Below, in pieces: positions 1-11,810 of a DNA stretch of 64,000 nucleotides. Under the pieces are notes generated by a model that did not search any database, had not been told where the DNA came from, and saw only the letters and a program-made list of their open reading frames with translations. The position numbers and the translations under genes are program-made. Within the stretch, counting starts at the first letter, position 1; each line of letters begins with the position of its first letter. Source of the stretch: Octopus sinensis. Taxonomy: Eukaryota. The stretch is from contig NC_043001.1 in NCBI RefSeq assembly GCF_006345805.1, positions 98,828,001-98,892,000 of the forward strand, read 5' to 3'.

Positions 1-640
1 TGCCCGAGAGTGTGTGTGTGTGCTGAGTTCGCCTTTCTGCTTACTATAACTTTGGTCTTTGCTACGTTTACTCTAAGGCCCTTTGATTCTAACTCTTGCT
101 TCCACACCCAAAATTTCTTTTCTAGTGCCGGTGGTGATTCTGCTATGAGAGCCAGGTCATCAGCATAGAGAAACTCCCAGGGGCAACCTGTTTTGAATTC
201 CTCTGTTATTGCCTGGAGGACTACGATGAATAAAAGGGGACTGAGGGCTGAGCCTTGGTGTACACCTACTTCTACCCGGAATTCTTCACTATATTCGTTG
301 CCAATTCTAACCTTGCTGACAGCCTCTCTGTATAGGGCCTGTACAGTCCTTATTAGCCATTCGTCAATCTCCAGTTTCCACATCGACCACCAGATAAGGG
401 ATCGGGGAACCCTGTCAAAGGCTTTCTCTAAGTCCACAAAAGCTATGTAGAGGGGTTTATCTTTAGCTAGGTACTTCTCCTGCAGTTGTCAGAGCAGGAA
501 TATAGCATCAGTGGTGCTTCTACCTGGCACAAAACCGAACTGCATCTCATCTAAGCAAATCCTCTCCCTAATGAGATGGGCTATGACCCTCTCTGAGACC
601 TTCATCACCTGATCCAACAGTTTAATAACCCTGTAGTTAT
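1..640 (-). mobile_element. RTE-clade non-LTR retrotransposon, RT fragment
   Basis: Minus strand reads AFVDLEKAFDRVPR...GVHQGSALSPLLF...LYADDL (RT motifs). ORF 193..450(+) is its antisense. Confidence 0.9.
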
Positions 641-1487
641 TTCTATCTAGTAGCTTATCTATTGACCTTGAAAGAATTTGACTTCAGCTGGATTTGATCT
701 CAGAACATAGAGAACCGCAACAATTACTGCAAAGCTGTCAATTGGCTATCGTGAAGACCCGATAGAAAAAGCAGCTAAACCTCACTCAGCTCATGCCCTA
801 CTGTTATAAGAAAGAAAGGCTATTGTAGATAATATAATTTCAACATTCCTCATAGCCAAAAGACAGGATGGTCATGGATAAAACGTCTTTAAGCAAATGA
901 TTTCTGGATTAGAGATGATCTGGGAGCTGGACAACAACATCTAAAATTAGAACTCACTAGAATTAAATGTTCACTAGAGATAGCACAAGAGGTAGACGTG
1001 GCCGCATTTCCCGCGACACACATCGAACCCGTGCTCTATGGTGTCAGCTTGATGCAGTCATATGTATATCAGGGACAATATATGTGTGGCTGCAATTCAG
1101 CCATTTGATCAGGTAACTGGAAGAGAGAGCAACAACAATAATAGTACCAACAATATCAGATACACACACACACACAAACACAAAACACCACCACCACCAG
1201 CAACAAGATAATCATCGTTAATTTTAGAGAGGATCACTTTTTTTAAATTAACGAGAATAATGAACACACCTGGCGTAATTTCATATCGTCAACCAATAGT
1301 GCCACACCTGAGATGTTAGTCACGTTGTGATTGAGAAATCGGTCAACATAAATATTACTTTACATACTCTGCTATCCTGTTTCATTTTTTTGAGTTCGTT
1401 TCAAATATTAAAAAAAATTTTTATCCTGATTTCAAATGTCAGACAAAACACTGAATTGGAAAACTGATACGTCTGAAACTGGTGGTG

Positions 1488-1910
1488 CATATGTATGTGT
1501 GTATATATGTGTATGTATGTATGTTTGCATGCATGTATGAATCTGCATGTATGTGCATATGTATTTATGTATGCATGTATATATGTATGTGTGTGTGTAT
1601 GTTTGTATGTATGTGTTTGTAAGCATGCAAATATATATGCATGTATGTATGTATGGATGTATGCATGCATGCATGTATGTATGTATGCATGCATGCATGC
1701 ATGTATGTATGCATGCATGTATGTATGTACGTATGTATGTATGCATGCATGTATGTGTGTATGCATGTATGTGTGTATGCATGTATGTATGTAAATATGT
1801 ATGTATGTCTGTATGTATGCATGTATGTATGTCTGTATGTATGTGTTTGTAAGTATGCAAATATATATGTATGTATGTATGTATGTATCTATGTATGTCT
1901 GTCTGTATGT
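1488..1910. repeat. Degenerate (TATG)n/(TGCA)n microsatellite
   Basis: Simple 4-mer repeats. They explain the six overlapping M/Y/V/C and H/T/Y/I ORFs at 1.4-2.0 kb. Confidence 0.95.
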
Positions 1911-1914
1911 CAGG

Positions 1915-2830
1915 TCACTTACAAGGCTTTCATAATTGTGGCTGGTAACATGGAATCCAGTACAACCAGTTGCATGGTTGGGTTGTCAGCAACTAAACTG
2001 GCAATCACAAACGCCTTCAGGTAGATGGCCCTGCTCGATCTGTAAAAAATGCGTAGGTAGAAACTCTATAAGGTGCACCAAGTGTAAGCTATGGACACAT
2101 AAGAGGTGTAGTAATGTCAAAGGAAGACTAACTAGGAAAATAGTTTTTATCTGTGGAAGATGCTCAGGAGCAATAAACTCTGAAAATATGCAGAGACCAA
2201 CTTCTACCACGTTCCAGAGAGAAAAACTAGAAGTAGTTGATAGCTTCCGCTACCTAGGTGACCAAGTCAGTAGCGGGGGTGGGTGTGCTGAAAGAGTAAC
2301 TACTAGAGTAAGAATAGCCTGGGCAAAGTTTAGAGAGCTCTTACCCCTGCTGGTGACAAAAGGCCTCTCGCTCAGAGTAAAAGGCAGACTGTATGATTCA
2401 TGTGTACGTACAGCCATGCTACATGGTAGTGAAACATGGGCTGTGACTGCTGAGGATTTGCGTAAGCTCGCAAGAAATGAAGCCAGTATGCTCCGATGGA
2501 TGTGTAATGTCAGTGTTCATAATCGACAGAGTGTAAGTACCTTGAGAGAAAAGTTGGACCTATCAAGCATCAGTTGTGGTGTGCAAGAGAGACGTTTGCG
2601 CTGGTATGGTCATGTGACGAGAATGGCTGAAGATAGTTGTGTGCGAAAGTGCCACACCCTAGCAGTTGAGAGAACCTGTGGAAGAGGTAGACCCAGGAAA
2701 ACATGGGACGAGGTGGTGAAGCACGACCTTTGAACTTTAGGTCTCACCAAGGAAATGACTAGAGACCGAGACCTATGGAAGTATGCTGTGCGTGAGAAGA
2801 CCCGGCAAGACCAGTGAGAACATAACCTGT
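1915..2830 (+). mobile_element. RTE-clade LINE, 5'-truncated: PHD-like Cys/His finger plus RT C-terminal region
   Basis: ORF 1936..2733 has CSICKKCVGRNSIRCTKCKLWTHKRC...CGRC, then FRYLG...RIAWAKFRELLPLL...LHGSETW...RLRWYGHV...GRGRPRKTW. Confidence 0.9.
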
Positions 2831-3470
2831 GGCCTACATACCTTTCTCCACTTGTGAAGACCCATTGAGACAAGTGAAAATCAAAATCAAATCAAAATCA
2901 AAATCAAACCAAATAAAATCAGATATCAGAAAGCAGATCCAAAATCGAAGTTGATCAACATCAATGGAAATTGCAGCTGTGGTTAAGCGAACCATCCGAT
3001 TGTGGCCGTTGCCAGCGCTGCCCCGACTGGCCTCCGTGCCGGTGGCACGTAAAAGCACCATCCGTTCGTGTCCGTTGCCAGCCTCGCCTGGCCCCCGTGC
3101 CGGTGGCACGTAGCACCATCCGTTCGTGTCCGTTGCCAGCCTCGCCTGGCCCCCGTGCCGGTGGCACGTAGCACCATCCGTTCATGGCCGTTGCCAGCCT
3201 CGCCTGGCCCCCGTGCCGGTGGCACGTAAAAGCACCATCCGTTCGTGGCCGTTTGCCAGCACCATCTGGCACCTGTGCGGGTGGCACGTAAAAAGCACCC
3301 ACTACACTCACGGAGTGGTTGGCGTTAGGAAGGGCATCCAGCCGTAGAAACACTGCCAGATCAGACTGGGCTTGATGCAGCCTTCTGGCTTCACAGACCC
3401 CAGTTGAACCGTCCAACCCATGCTAGCATGGAAAGCGGATGCTAAATGATGATGATGATGATGATGATGA
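2830..3470 (+). repeat. RTE 3' UTR with (AAATC)n, ~58-62 bp GGTGGCACGTA minisatellite and (GAT)n tail
   Basis: About four tandem units at 3030-3240. The same tail recurs at 20500-20830(+), 52452-53070(+), 60361-60890(-) and 13640-13800(-). Confidence 0.85.
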
Positions 3471-3847
3471 TACACATTTTATCTATTTTGGTTATAATAT
3501 CATTTTTAATAATCTTAAATTTTATCTTTATACAACATAATATTGTTTATATACAATCACCCATAGTACCACATGATAATTTCCTCTGTATTAACATCAT
3601 AGGTTTTTATTAGCATTTTGCCCCTTTAACTGGGGTAAAGATGAAATGATTGCATTATTCAATTAAATGGAGCCACTTGAAATGGTCGTGCTGCATCACC
3701 TCTTGATATCCTGTTGCTTATTTTGATTGTATCCACCTTACTTTGAGTTGTATGGATAATACCACACTGATTTGGTGCTTCAACTTAAGTACCTAATTCA
3801 TTTTAATCTCAATTATTTCTTACAGATATATATATATATAATATATA

Positions 3848-3892
<45 letters not shown>

Positions 3893-3895
3893 TAC

Positions 3896-3931
<36 letters not shown>

Positions 3932-4016
3932 CCTAAGTGTATCATATATCTGACAAAGAAGCATGCACTAAAGCATAGAGCAGTAATGTATCTATATGCA
4001 GTTGAGTATATGTCCA

Positions 4017-4086
4017 GTCATAGAGTGACTAATGATTTCGCATCTGTAAAGGGCTTAGCCCTATGGACGACTCATCAGACTCTGAC
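4017..4086 (-). ncRNA. Candidate type I hammerhead ribozyme (weak stem III)
   Basis: Minus strand: GUCAGAGU CUGAUGA G(U)CGUC..AGGGC-UAA-GCCCU..GAUGC GAAA UCAUUAG UC^ACUCUAUGAC. Stem I is 5+3 bp, core intact, GUC cleavage between 4027 and 4026. Confidence 0.55.
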
Positions 4087-4999
4087 AGAGGGCCATATGG
4101 CCCTGGATAAAAAGATTGTTTGAAGTGGTGCACATATTTTATTTATTAAGAAAAAGGAGATAGTCAGAATTTTGGATAATTATTTACTAAGCACTTTCAT
4201 CCCATTTCAGAAATTCATCAGGAATGATTTTTTTAACGAAAATTTATGTCTTTTATATATGTGTGAGTTAGTTGAAATAATCAGGAGCTGAATTGGGAAG
4301 AGAATGTTCTTCGTTATTTTGAATCTATATGTGTGTATATAAGTATGTGTGTGAGGGAAATTTTTGGAGGCTTGGTTAGAGGTAGAAAGAAAGAATGGGG
4401 TCTTTTTCTGAGATTGTTGAAATTGCATTATATTCATTGGTCTGTTATCATGCTACCCAACTGTAGAAAAGGGACTGTTCAAGATTTTCGTTTTTTTTTT
4501 CTTTTTTGTCAGTTGTGAGGTTATCCACTTGTAGAAAATAGACTCTGTCAAAAGTGTTTTGGAAGGTAATTAAAAATGAATGTGTGTTTGAGTATATGTG
4601 TGTGAAAGAGAGTGTGTGTGTGTGTTGTATGTTGGTTGCTGACGTGAATTTTTCCAGTTACTTTAGTAAGTCATCATCCTCATCATCATCATTTAATGTC
4701 TGCCTTCAATGCTGGGTTGGATGGTTTGACAGGAACTGGCCAGGTAGAAGATTACACCAGGCTTCTGTGTCTGTTTTGGCATGGTTTTCATGGCTGGAAG
4801 CCCTTCCTAACACCAACCACTCCATGAGAATATTTTAACAAGGATTTCCCATGTACCTTTTACTTGTTTCAGCCATTCAATGGCGGTCATGCTGGAGCAT
4901 GTACATGAAGGGTTTTAGTTGAACAAATCAACCCCAGAACTTATTCTTTTTTATTCGTTTAGTTTAGTAAGAATTTTTTGATAAAATGCAATTCCATTG

Positions 5000-7300
5000 T
5001 CTTCCAGTACTTTGGGTCATCACTTGAACATATGTAGAAGGAAAAGATCTTGAGTCTGCTGTTTCTACATATTTCCAGATGCTTGTTCAGCAGAGTTTTG
5101 TGTAATCCTTTTTGTCTGATAATTTGTCTGTAGATTCTTGCACTTTAGCAAAGGGAATTGTTGGTTTTACCAATATAATTATTCTTGCAATTGGAGCAGG
5201 TTAGGCAGTATATTATGAGATTTTGTGTCTCGCAATTCAAATCTGCATTTATCTTGGAGACTCCACTTTTAAATTTTACATGGAAACCAATGTCCAAATA
5301 TTTGAAGTTGTTGTTACATGTACCACATCTATTATCTCTACAATCCTTCACTGAGAATTCAGATTTATCATCTGATATGAATTTTGCCCACTTGAGATGT
5401 TTTTTAAGATTTTTTTGGCTGACATTTACTGTTTTATATAAGGTTTTCATTAACCAGATTTTTCATTTTGAGGCTTTGCATTGGTAGGTTTCTTTTCATA
5501 GTGAGGAAAATATCAGTCACACTAGGATTATATGTATTGATAAATGGAATAGCATTTTCTTTAATTTTTTCTTAGGTATCCTCAATTGTATGACATCCAG
5601 TTTCATCATCTTTATAATTTTAAGGGGTAATTCTGTTTTTTTAATTCTGTTTTTCATCATCTTTATAATTTTAAGGGGTAATTCATTGAGCTGAATTTGA
5701 CATATCACTATTGTACCGATACATCTTTTCATATTATATGGAATGTTCCTTATGATGTGTGAAGGATGGCTAGAATAGAAGTTCAAATACTGATGTGTGT
5801 ATGTTTTTCAGTAAAATATATCCATTGTTAATGTGGAGTTGTGTATTTTTACATGAATGTTTAGGAATAGTAAGTCATTTTGACTGGTTTCTGTTGTGAA
5901 TTTGACAGATAGGTGAAGGATATACAGAATGTTACTGAATATTTGTAGATCATCATTTGATTTCTCCAAAGAAATAAAGTAGTCATAGAAAAAGAATTTC
6001 CACTTTTCAATGACATTTTTCTTTAAATATTGATCTCTCTACCTTCTTGTATAGATGCTCTTTTCAATTCAATTCAATTCAATTTTTATTGGCTCAAAAA
6101 GCAAAAGCAAGGTCATGTAGGGGGACAGGGAGTTATGTACAAGGAGGGTGGTCATACAAAGTGTTCAGGCCATTTCTGGTCAAGAAAGACTTTGAACCGA
6201 GCGGTCGTCGGCATCTTCACTATCTCGTCCGGCAGCTTATTCCACGGATCTGCAACCCGGACGGAGAAAGCCCCTCTCCTTTGATTGAGATGAAATCATT
6301 GTAGATAGAGCTTTTCGGAGTGACCATCCAGCCCACTCTCTGGAGCAGGAGTGAAGAACAGCTCTTTCGAGAGGTTACACTTTCCGCTTATGATGTTGTG
6401 AGCGAGAATAAGGTCGAGAGAATAAAGGTCAAGCATCTTCAGCCTTTCTTCACATGACAAATGCTTGATACTAAGAACCATGCGAGTAGCCAGCTTCTGG
6501 ACTCTTTCAAGATGATGTATGTCTTTGAGGAGATAAGGAGAAGAGGCTTGAATCCCATACTCCGATATGGGTCTCACCAGCGTGACATAGAGCAGTAGGA
6601 ATATGGCTGCTGTGAGCATTCCGAATGACCGTCGAATCAAAAACAGAACTCTGTGTGCTTTGTTGGCAGCATGGACACATTGGGCCGAAGGCAAAAAGGA
6701 AGAATCCACCAAGATACCCAGGTCCTTTACTTGGTCCTTTACTTGGTCGGTCTTCTCCAGCAGCAGACGACCCAGCTCGAAATCAAGTTGAGTTGCAGGA
6801 GAGGAGCCAACAGGCAGATGACAGCATTTTGACACCTTCAGACACAGGTCCCATTCGTTTGACCATCTCCAAACTTGGTGGAGGCATCGATGAAGATCAT
6901 CTATATCACTGTGAGGAGCGACCAGTTTGACATTGTCGGCAAATAGAAGGGTGTGTTGCATGATGTGGGTTCTTATAAAGAACCCATATCAGATTAGCAT
7001 AAGAAGGTGGAAATTTCATTCCCATACCTGTGCCTTTTATTTGTTGATACATTTTACCATCAAAGTTAAAGGTGTTCTCCTCTAGTACCAAGTGTGTGGT
7101 CTTGGTAATGAAATCTGTTTTGAAACATTCATTTATCTTCTCTCTATGTTTTTCTACCTAGTGTTTGATTGCTTCCAGTCCCAAAGTATGAGGTATCTTG
7201 GTATAGAAGTTACTAACATCAAAGCTTATAAGGATAGTCCCTTCAGGGATAGAGGATAGGATGCATTTGAGAAAATCCATGTTGTACCATATATAGCTGC
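5000..7300 (-). pseudogene. Decayed Penelope-like element (RT + GIY-YIG endonuclease), interrupted by a CR1-like fragment
   Basis: ENTFNFDGKMYQQIKGTGMGMKFPPSYANL (PLE RT); FYSSHPSHIIRNIPY (PLE thumb); NCETQNLIIYCLTCSNCKNNYIGKT (GIY-YIG). Confidence 0.85.
6058..6965 (-). mobile_element. CR1/L2-like LINE 3' fragment nested in the Penelope RT
   Basis: ORF 6296..6961: LLFADNVKL...KDLGILVDSS...YVTLVRPISEYG...LERVQKLATRM. (CAATT)n tail at 6064-6082. Confidence 0.85.
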
Positions 7301-8489
7301 TATGTGAGATGACAATAGTTGCAGTAAGGTCAAATGATCAGGAAGCTCATTTCACAACCATGCAATCTGTAGTTCAATCCTGCTGTGAGGAATTTTGGCC
7401 AAATGTCATTTTCTTTAAACTTGCTTTAATTTTGATCAACTAATACCTAACAAGTGAAATAAAACTGGCTGAAACTGTATAGAGGCCCATCAAGTGGATT
7501 GTACCTTGTTACATACTATGCTATGCTGATACTGTCCAAGAATTATATTATGAGTACATGTGACTGTGGACTACTCAGCTGCTAACATGACAATTCAGGA
7601 GCAGGAAATTTAGTTGACCAAACAACTGAATCAACATTGTTGAATAATAAAGATTCACCAGTTGAAAGAAGACATGCAATATATACATTAATACCTTCAC
7701 TATTCAATAACTACCTTGCATCTTTTTTTCTGCTAGTCCAGTTTGTTATAGGTCAACATATAATCTTGTATGACCGGTTATATACTGATTTGCTTTAATT
7801 TTGATGTGATGAGGCTCACAATAGAATATCTAAAATAGCACAAGTTATCATAAAAACATTTTAACAAAATTCCCACTGTAGAGGATGTTGTGGCAGGAGA
7901 AAATGCAAATTAGTAATCAATTAGGTTGGCCCTTTTATTTTGGAACATGAATTATTACCTACTAATGTTATAAGTTGTCACTCATAAATTTACTGCTACC
8001 ATTTGGAAGGAAATCAATGTTAAAAAATCATCTGTGACTATCATCAGCTTACTGTCTTTTTGCATTATGCATTGAATCAAAGTAACAAAATCATAAGGAA
8101 ATGCTTCATGTTTCATGTGGTGGAATGGTAAAAATTACTTGGAATTTTTGATTTTTAAATTTCACAGACTTGACATTCCCAAGAGTCATGTGAGAAAATT
8201 TATTAAGTTTCAGGTCTTCAATATTGAAGTGGTTCTTAGCATTGAAAACTAGACCACTGCTTTTGCTAACAGCTTGACTTTGTGAGAAACAGACAGTGCC
8301 CATCTACTTTTAAATAAATATCATCAATATCCTTGTATTTATTGCATTCCTGAAGGCAGATTACAGGATATTTACTGTACATAAATTACATATAAAGATT
8401 TTAAGTTCACATGTATTAATTTCAGCTCTTTTTATTAATAACTGCATTGTTTCTTTACTGGTAAACTGACATCTGACAGTTCAAAGAAT

Positions 8490-9100
8490 ACTAGAGGTAA
8501 CTTTTCTTGAAAATGGTCAAAATTTTGCATCTGCAAAAAATTAGGTACCTGCAAAAAAAAAAAGGGTTTATCCCCCATGGACGTTCATGCTGACATGGTT
8601 TCTATTTTAGAAGATGATGCTCCAGCTTTATCAACACTGCAAAAGTGGACAGCTGAATTTAGGAGGGGAAGGGAGAGTCTTGAAGATGACCCAACATTTG
8701 GATGTTCTGAAACTGCCACCACTGAGGAAAATAATAATGTTCACCACATGCTGATGAACGACAGGCAATTGACAGTAAATCAAATAACCAATGCTATTAG
8801 AATATCTTGTGAGAGAGTTGAGAACACTCTGTGCATGATGAAGGTTTCTGCTCAGTGAATGCCACGTCTTCTGAGTGCTGATGGATGACAGGTGATGAAC
8901 CGACAATTAATCAAATAAACAATACTATTAGCATTGAGAGAGTTGAGAATATTCTGCACAATGAACTTGGCATGATGAAAATTTATGCTTGGAAGAATTG
9001 TGTGGACTGCAAGGGGAACTGTGTTGAAAAATAAATCTTATTTGGTCACATTCCATGAGATTATCTTGGTCAGCCAATAAACTTTTCAGCCAACCCTTGT
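8490..9100 (+). mobile_element. Degenerate, internally rearranged mariner
   Basis: QKWTAEFRRGRESLEDDP...TTEEN (HTH region). Internal duplication 8757-8880 vs 8897-8990. Right TIR-like CTTTTCAGCCAACCCTTG|TA. Confidence 0.8.
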
Positions 9101-10029
9101 ATGTTGATGTAAAGGTACACAGTATCATTCTTGCAGCTTCAATAGAATTGGGTTAGTTCTTAATTGCACATCCATTGAAAGTAGATTGCCTAAAGGTTAG
9201 GTATTAGGTATAGGGATATAAATAACATCATTGGTTCACTTCCTTGAAGGAGTGGTGCATTGTGACATTCAACAAAGCACATCATAGCACACTACTCCAG
9301 TTTACTTAGCTGAAAATTTGTAACAGCTAACCACTAATGCAGCTTTCTCTCCACTCCAGCGGTAATCTTGTTGATATTCCATTATCTCAAGAGTGAGATG
9401 GCTGAGAGACCCAAAAAAAATTGGAGAAAGTATAGCAATAACCAGGTTATGCACACTAACAAGTGACAGCTAAGCTAGTTGCTGCTGAAGATAACAATCT
9501 TGCTGTCAGCAGAGTGTCTCATATAGAGAACAACAGCAGGTTTGATGATTCAGATTTGTTGGGGTGAGTGGGGAGCTTCTGTGGTAGTAAGGGTGGTGGT
9601 AACAGCAGTGGTGGCAGTTTTTTCTTTTTTTTTTTGTGAATAAATGCATCTGTTCAACTAACCCAGAAACTATGACATTAATCCAAACCTAGATAAGTTA
9701 TCAGGTTTGGATTGATTGTCATAGTTTCGAGGTTAGTGGAATTTACTGGAGTTGTGGCAGTTGAAAGTAAATAGCGGAAGAAAGAAAGAGAGAGAGAGAG
9801 AATATGCCAGGCCAGCTGTTACGTCTGTTTCTTCTGTTAATTGAGGTGATAGTGATTGAGGAAAATTACTTGAATGCCTCTGTTGTCTTAGTAATGTGTA
9901 TAATATTGAGAAAGGACAGAGGCTTGTCATTGTTCAGTGGTTCTCAACCATTTTTTGCCTATTGACCCCTTTCATTCCTATTTCACTCTATTGGATCTCC
10001 ATAGCCATTCGATGTACAAAAAAGATTCC

Positions 10030-10215
10030 TACTGTTCTATATTTAAGAGACGAGGAATTATGTACATTATTTACATTATTTACATTTGACGGATATTTGT
10101 TCTCATCTTGTTTGTTGTTAACACGTTTCGGCTGATATACTCTCCACCTTCATCAGGTATCTTGGGGAAATTTCGAGCCTGGGTTCTCATTCCTAAGGTA
10201 TTTTTCGATGTTGCT
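10030..10215 (-). mobile_element. Penelope-type non-autonomous repeat with decayed hammerhead (10120-10161)
   Basis: Minus strand: AAGAUAC CUGAUGA AGG-UG..UCAGCC GAAA CGUGUU, cleavage triplet lost. Second decayed copy at 20833-20870 (AUGAUGA core); truncated piece at 13380-13437. Confidence 0.6.
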
Positions 10216-10379
10216 GTTGTTGTTGCTGTTATTCTTCTTCTTATTATTATTATTATTACCTGTACTCAGTCTGCTTAAGAGGTTGTTGTGTCCTAGCATA
10301 CATGGTGCTTCTCTTTTAGTTTATGTATTTTCCAGTGGTGTTCTCTGTCTATTATTTTAACTTCATCCCATACGGGGAA

Positions 10380-10645
10380 GTGGTCTCCATTTTTCCATCG
10401 ACGGATGGATGAATGTGCATCCAGGCTCAGCGGTTGCATAGGAAGTCGGGGACAATAAACAGGAAGAAAGAGTGAGAGAAAGTTGGGGCGAAAGAGTACA
10501 ACAGGAGTTGCCACCACCCCCTGCCGGAGCCTCGTGTAGCTTTAGGTGTTTTCGTTCAATAAACACACACAACGCCCAGTCTGGGAATTGAAACTGCAAT
10601 CCTCCAACCGCAAGTCCGCTGCCCTAACCACTGGGCCATTGTGCC
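10380..10645 (-). mobile_element. tRNA-derived SINE
   Basis: Minus strand begins with a tRNA-like head (GCACAATGGCCCAGTGGTTAGGGCAGCGGACT...GGATTGCAGTTTCAATTCCC, A/B boxes). Related copy at 14695-14975. Confidence 0.75.
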
Positions 10646-10859
10646 TCCTGTTGTTTCTCTTGCAGATGTACTTGCTGTTGTTGTTGTTGTTCATTCAGCT
10701 GTTGTTATTGCTGTTTTTGCTACTTGAGCTAATCCGCCAACAAATTTTCCATACTTTTATGCATTTTCGTAAAATTTGTACACCAACTTTGTGAGTTTAT
10801 TAACTCCTCTTTGAGTTTCTGTTAACTCCATGTGAATTAGTTTATCCTCGTCATCACTG

Positions 10860-11200
10860 TTATAAAGTGGTCTTTTGCCACTATTGTATCTGTCTTTTGA
10901 TGACAGATGTTGCTCTGACAGATATTGGTATATTCCGAAGCTGTTTGATAGGATGTTTCTATCTGGCACTGTACGACCACCAGTCATACTGTGTTATTAT
11001 CGTCAAATGGTTGGATCGTTATAAAGTCCATTCAGTATCACAGTATAATTACACTCTCAGCATGGACACAACTATCACTACAGTCTACACGTACTCTTGT
11101 ACTCTCTTGATACTGGCCGATATAACCTTACTTATAGTGACTGGTTCATTCCACTTGTCATGTGGGAGGAGATCTACCATTATTACTAATTCCCTACAAC
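10860..11200. repeat. Dispersed repeat, inverted copy at 21540-21880
   Basis: GACAGATATTG...GATAGGATGTTTCTATCTGGCACTGTAC...CTTACTTATAGTGACTGGTTCATTCC matches the reverse complement of 21540-21880. Confidence 0.8.
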
Positions 11201-11234
11201 AATATATATATATATACTTTATAGAATTAAGGAT

Positions 11235-11810
11235 AAAATCATGTTAATGATTTTATCAAGTGGTCAGCGTGAAATAAAACTTCATAGGTAATTTTGTATA
11301 CTAAATTTATAATTATATACATAATTATATTAAAGGGATCAGGAAAAGCCTTCTCTAGCACACTAAATATAGATACCAAATCACACTAAAAACCACCATA
11401 TGACTCCTACAGCATGGGTTGTAAGTGGGCAAAGGAAAAATAATAAATAAAACTTCACAGTTAATTGTGTATCGGAACCAATTTCATACTTAAAGCTATG
11501 AAAAAAGCTTATTGCTCATCATCAGCACAATATTCATGGTATATAATCACAAATACTTATACATAGCTATACAAAGAACAAAGCCATATGTCCATATACA
11601 AATATTTGCATGTATACACCAGATATTTATATTTTTCATTTCAACCACGTGTTTCTTATCAAAAGAGCCTTGCAGTAAATGCAATTTTGATCTGGAGCCG
11701 AAAAATATTTTATTATTTATTTTCTTCAGAATTAATTATAAAATCACGCTAATGATTTTATCAAGTGGTCAGCATGAAATAAAACCTCATAGGTAATTCT
11801 ATATACTATA
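11235..11810 (-). mobile_element. ~505-bp partial tandem element with a hammerhead-like motif at 11464-11531
   Basis: AAATCA..TAATGATTTTATCAAGTGGTCAGC repeats at 11236 and 11741. Minus strand: AUUGUG CUGAUGA ... GAAA UUGG-UU-CCGA UA^CACAAU. Stems I and III are well formed; the base of stem II is unpaired. Confidence 0.5.

Noticed and set aside
1306-1350. CUGAGAUG-hairpin-GAAAUCGGUC, hammerhead-like
   Set aside because: The core is one base short and no stem I can form.
1401-2024. Six overlapping 85-142 aa ORFs
   Set aside because: Translations of (TATG)n/(CATA)n microsatellite. The same applies to ORFs at 25.8-26.2, 28.2-28.5, 30.5, 51.5 and 57.0 kb.
2834-3416. ORFs with repeated MPPARGPGEAG peptides
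   Set aside because: Translations of the RTE 3' UTR minisatellite.
10795-10865. Minus-strand GUGAUGA...GAAA CUC-AAA-GAG GA
   Set aside because: C3 and the cleavage U are both wrong and there is no stem II; too decayed to call.
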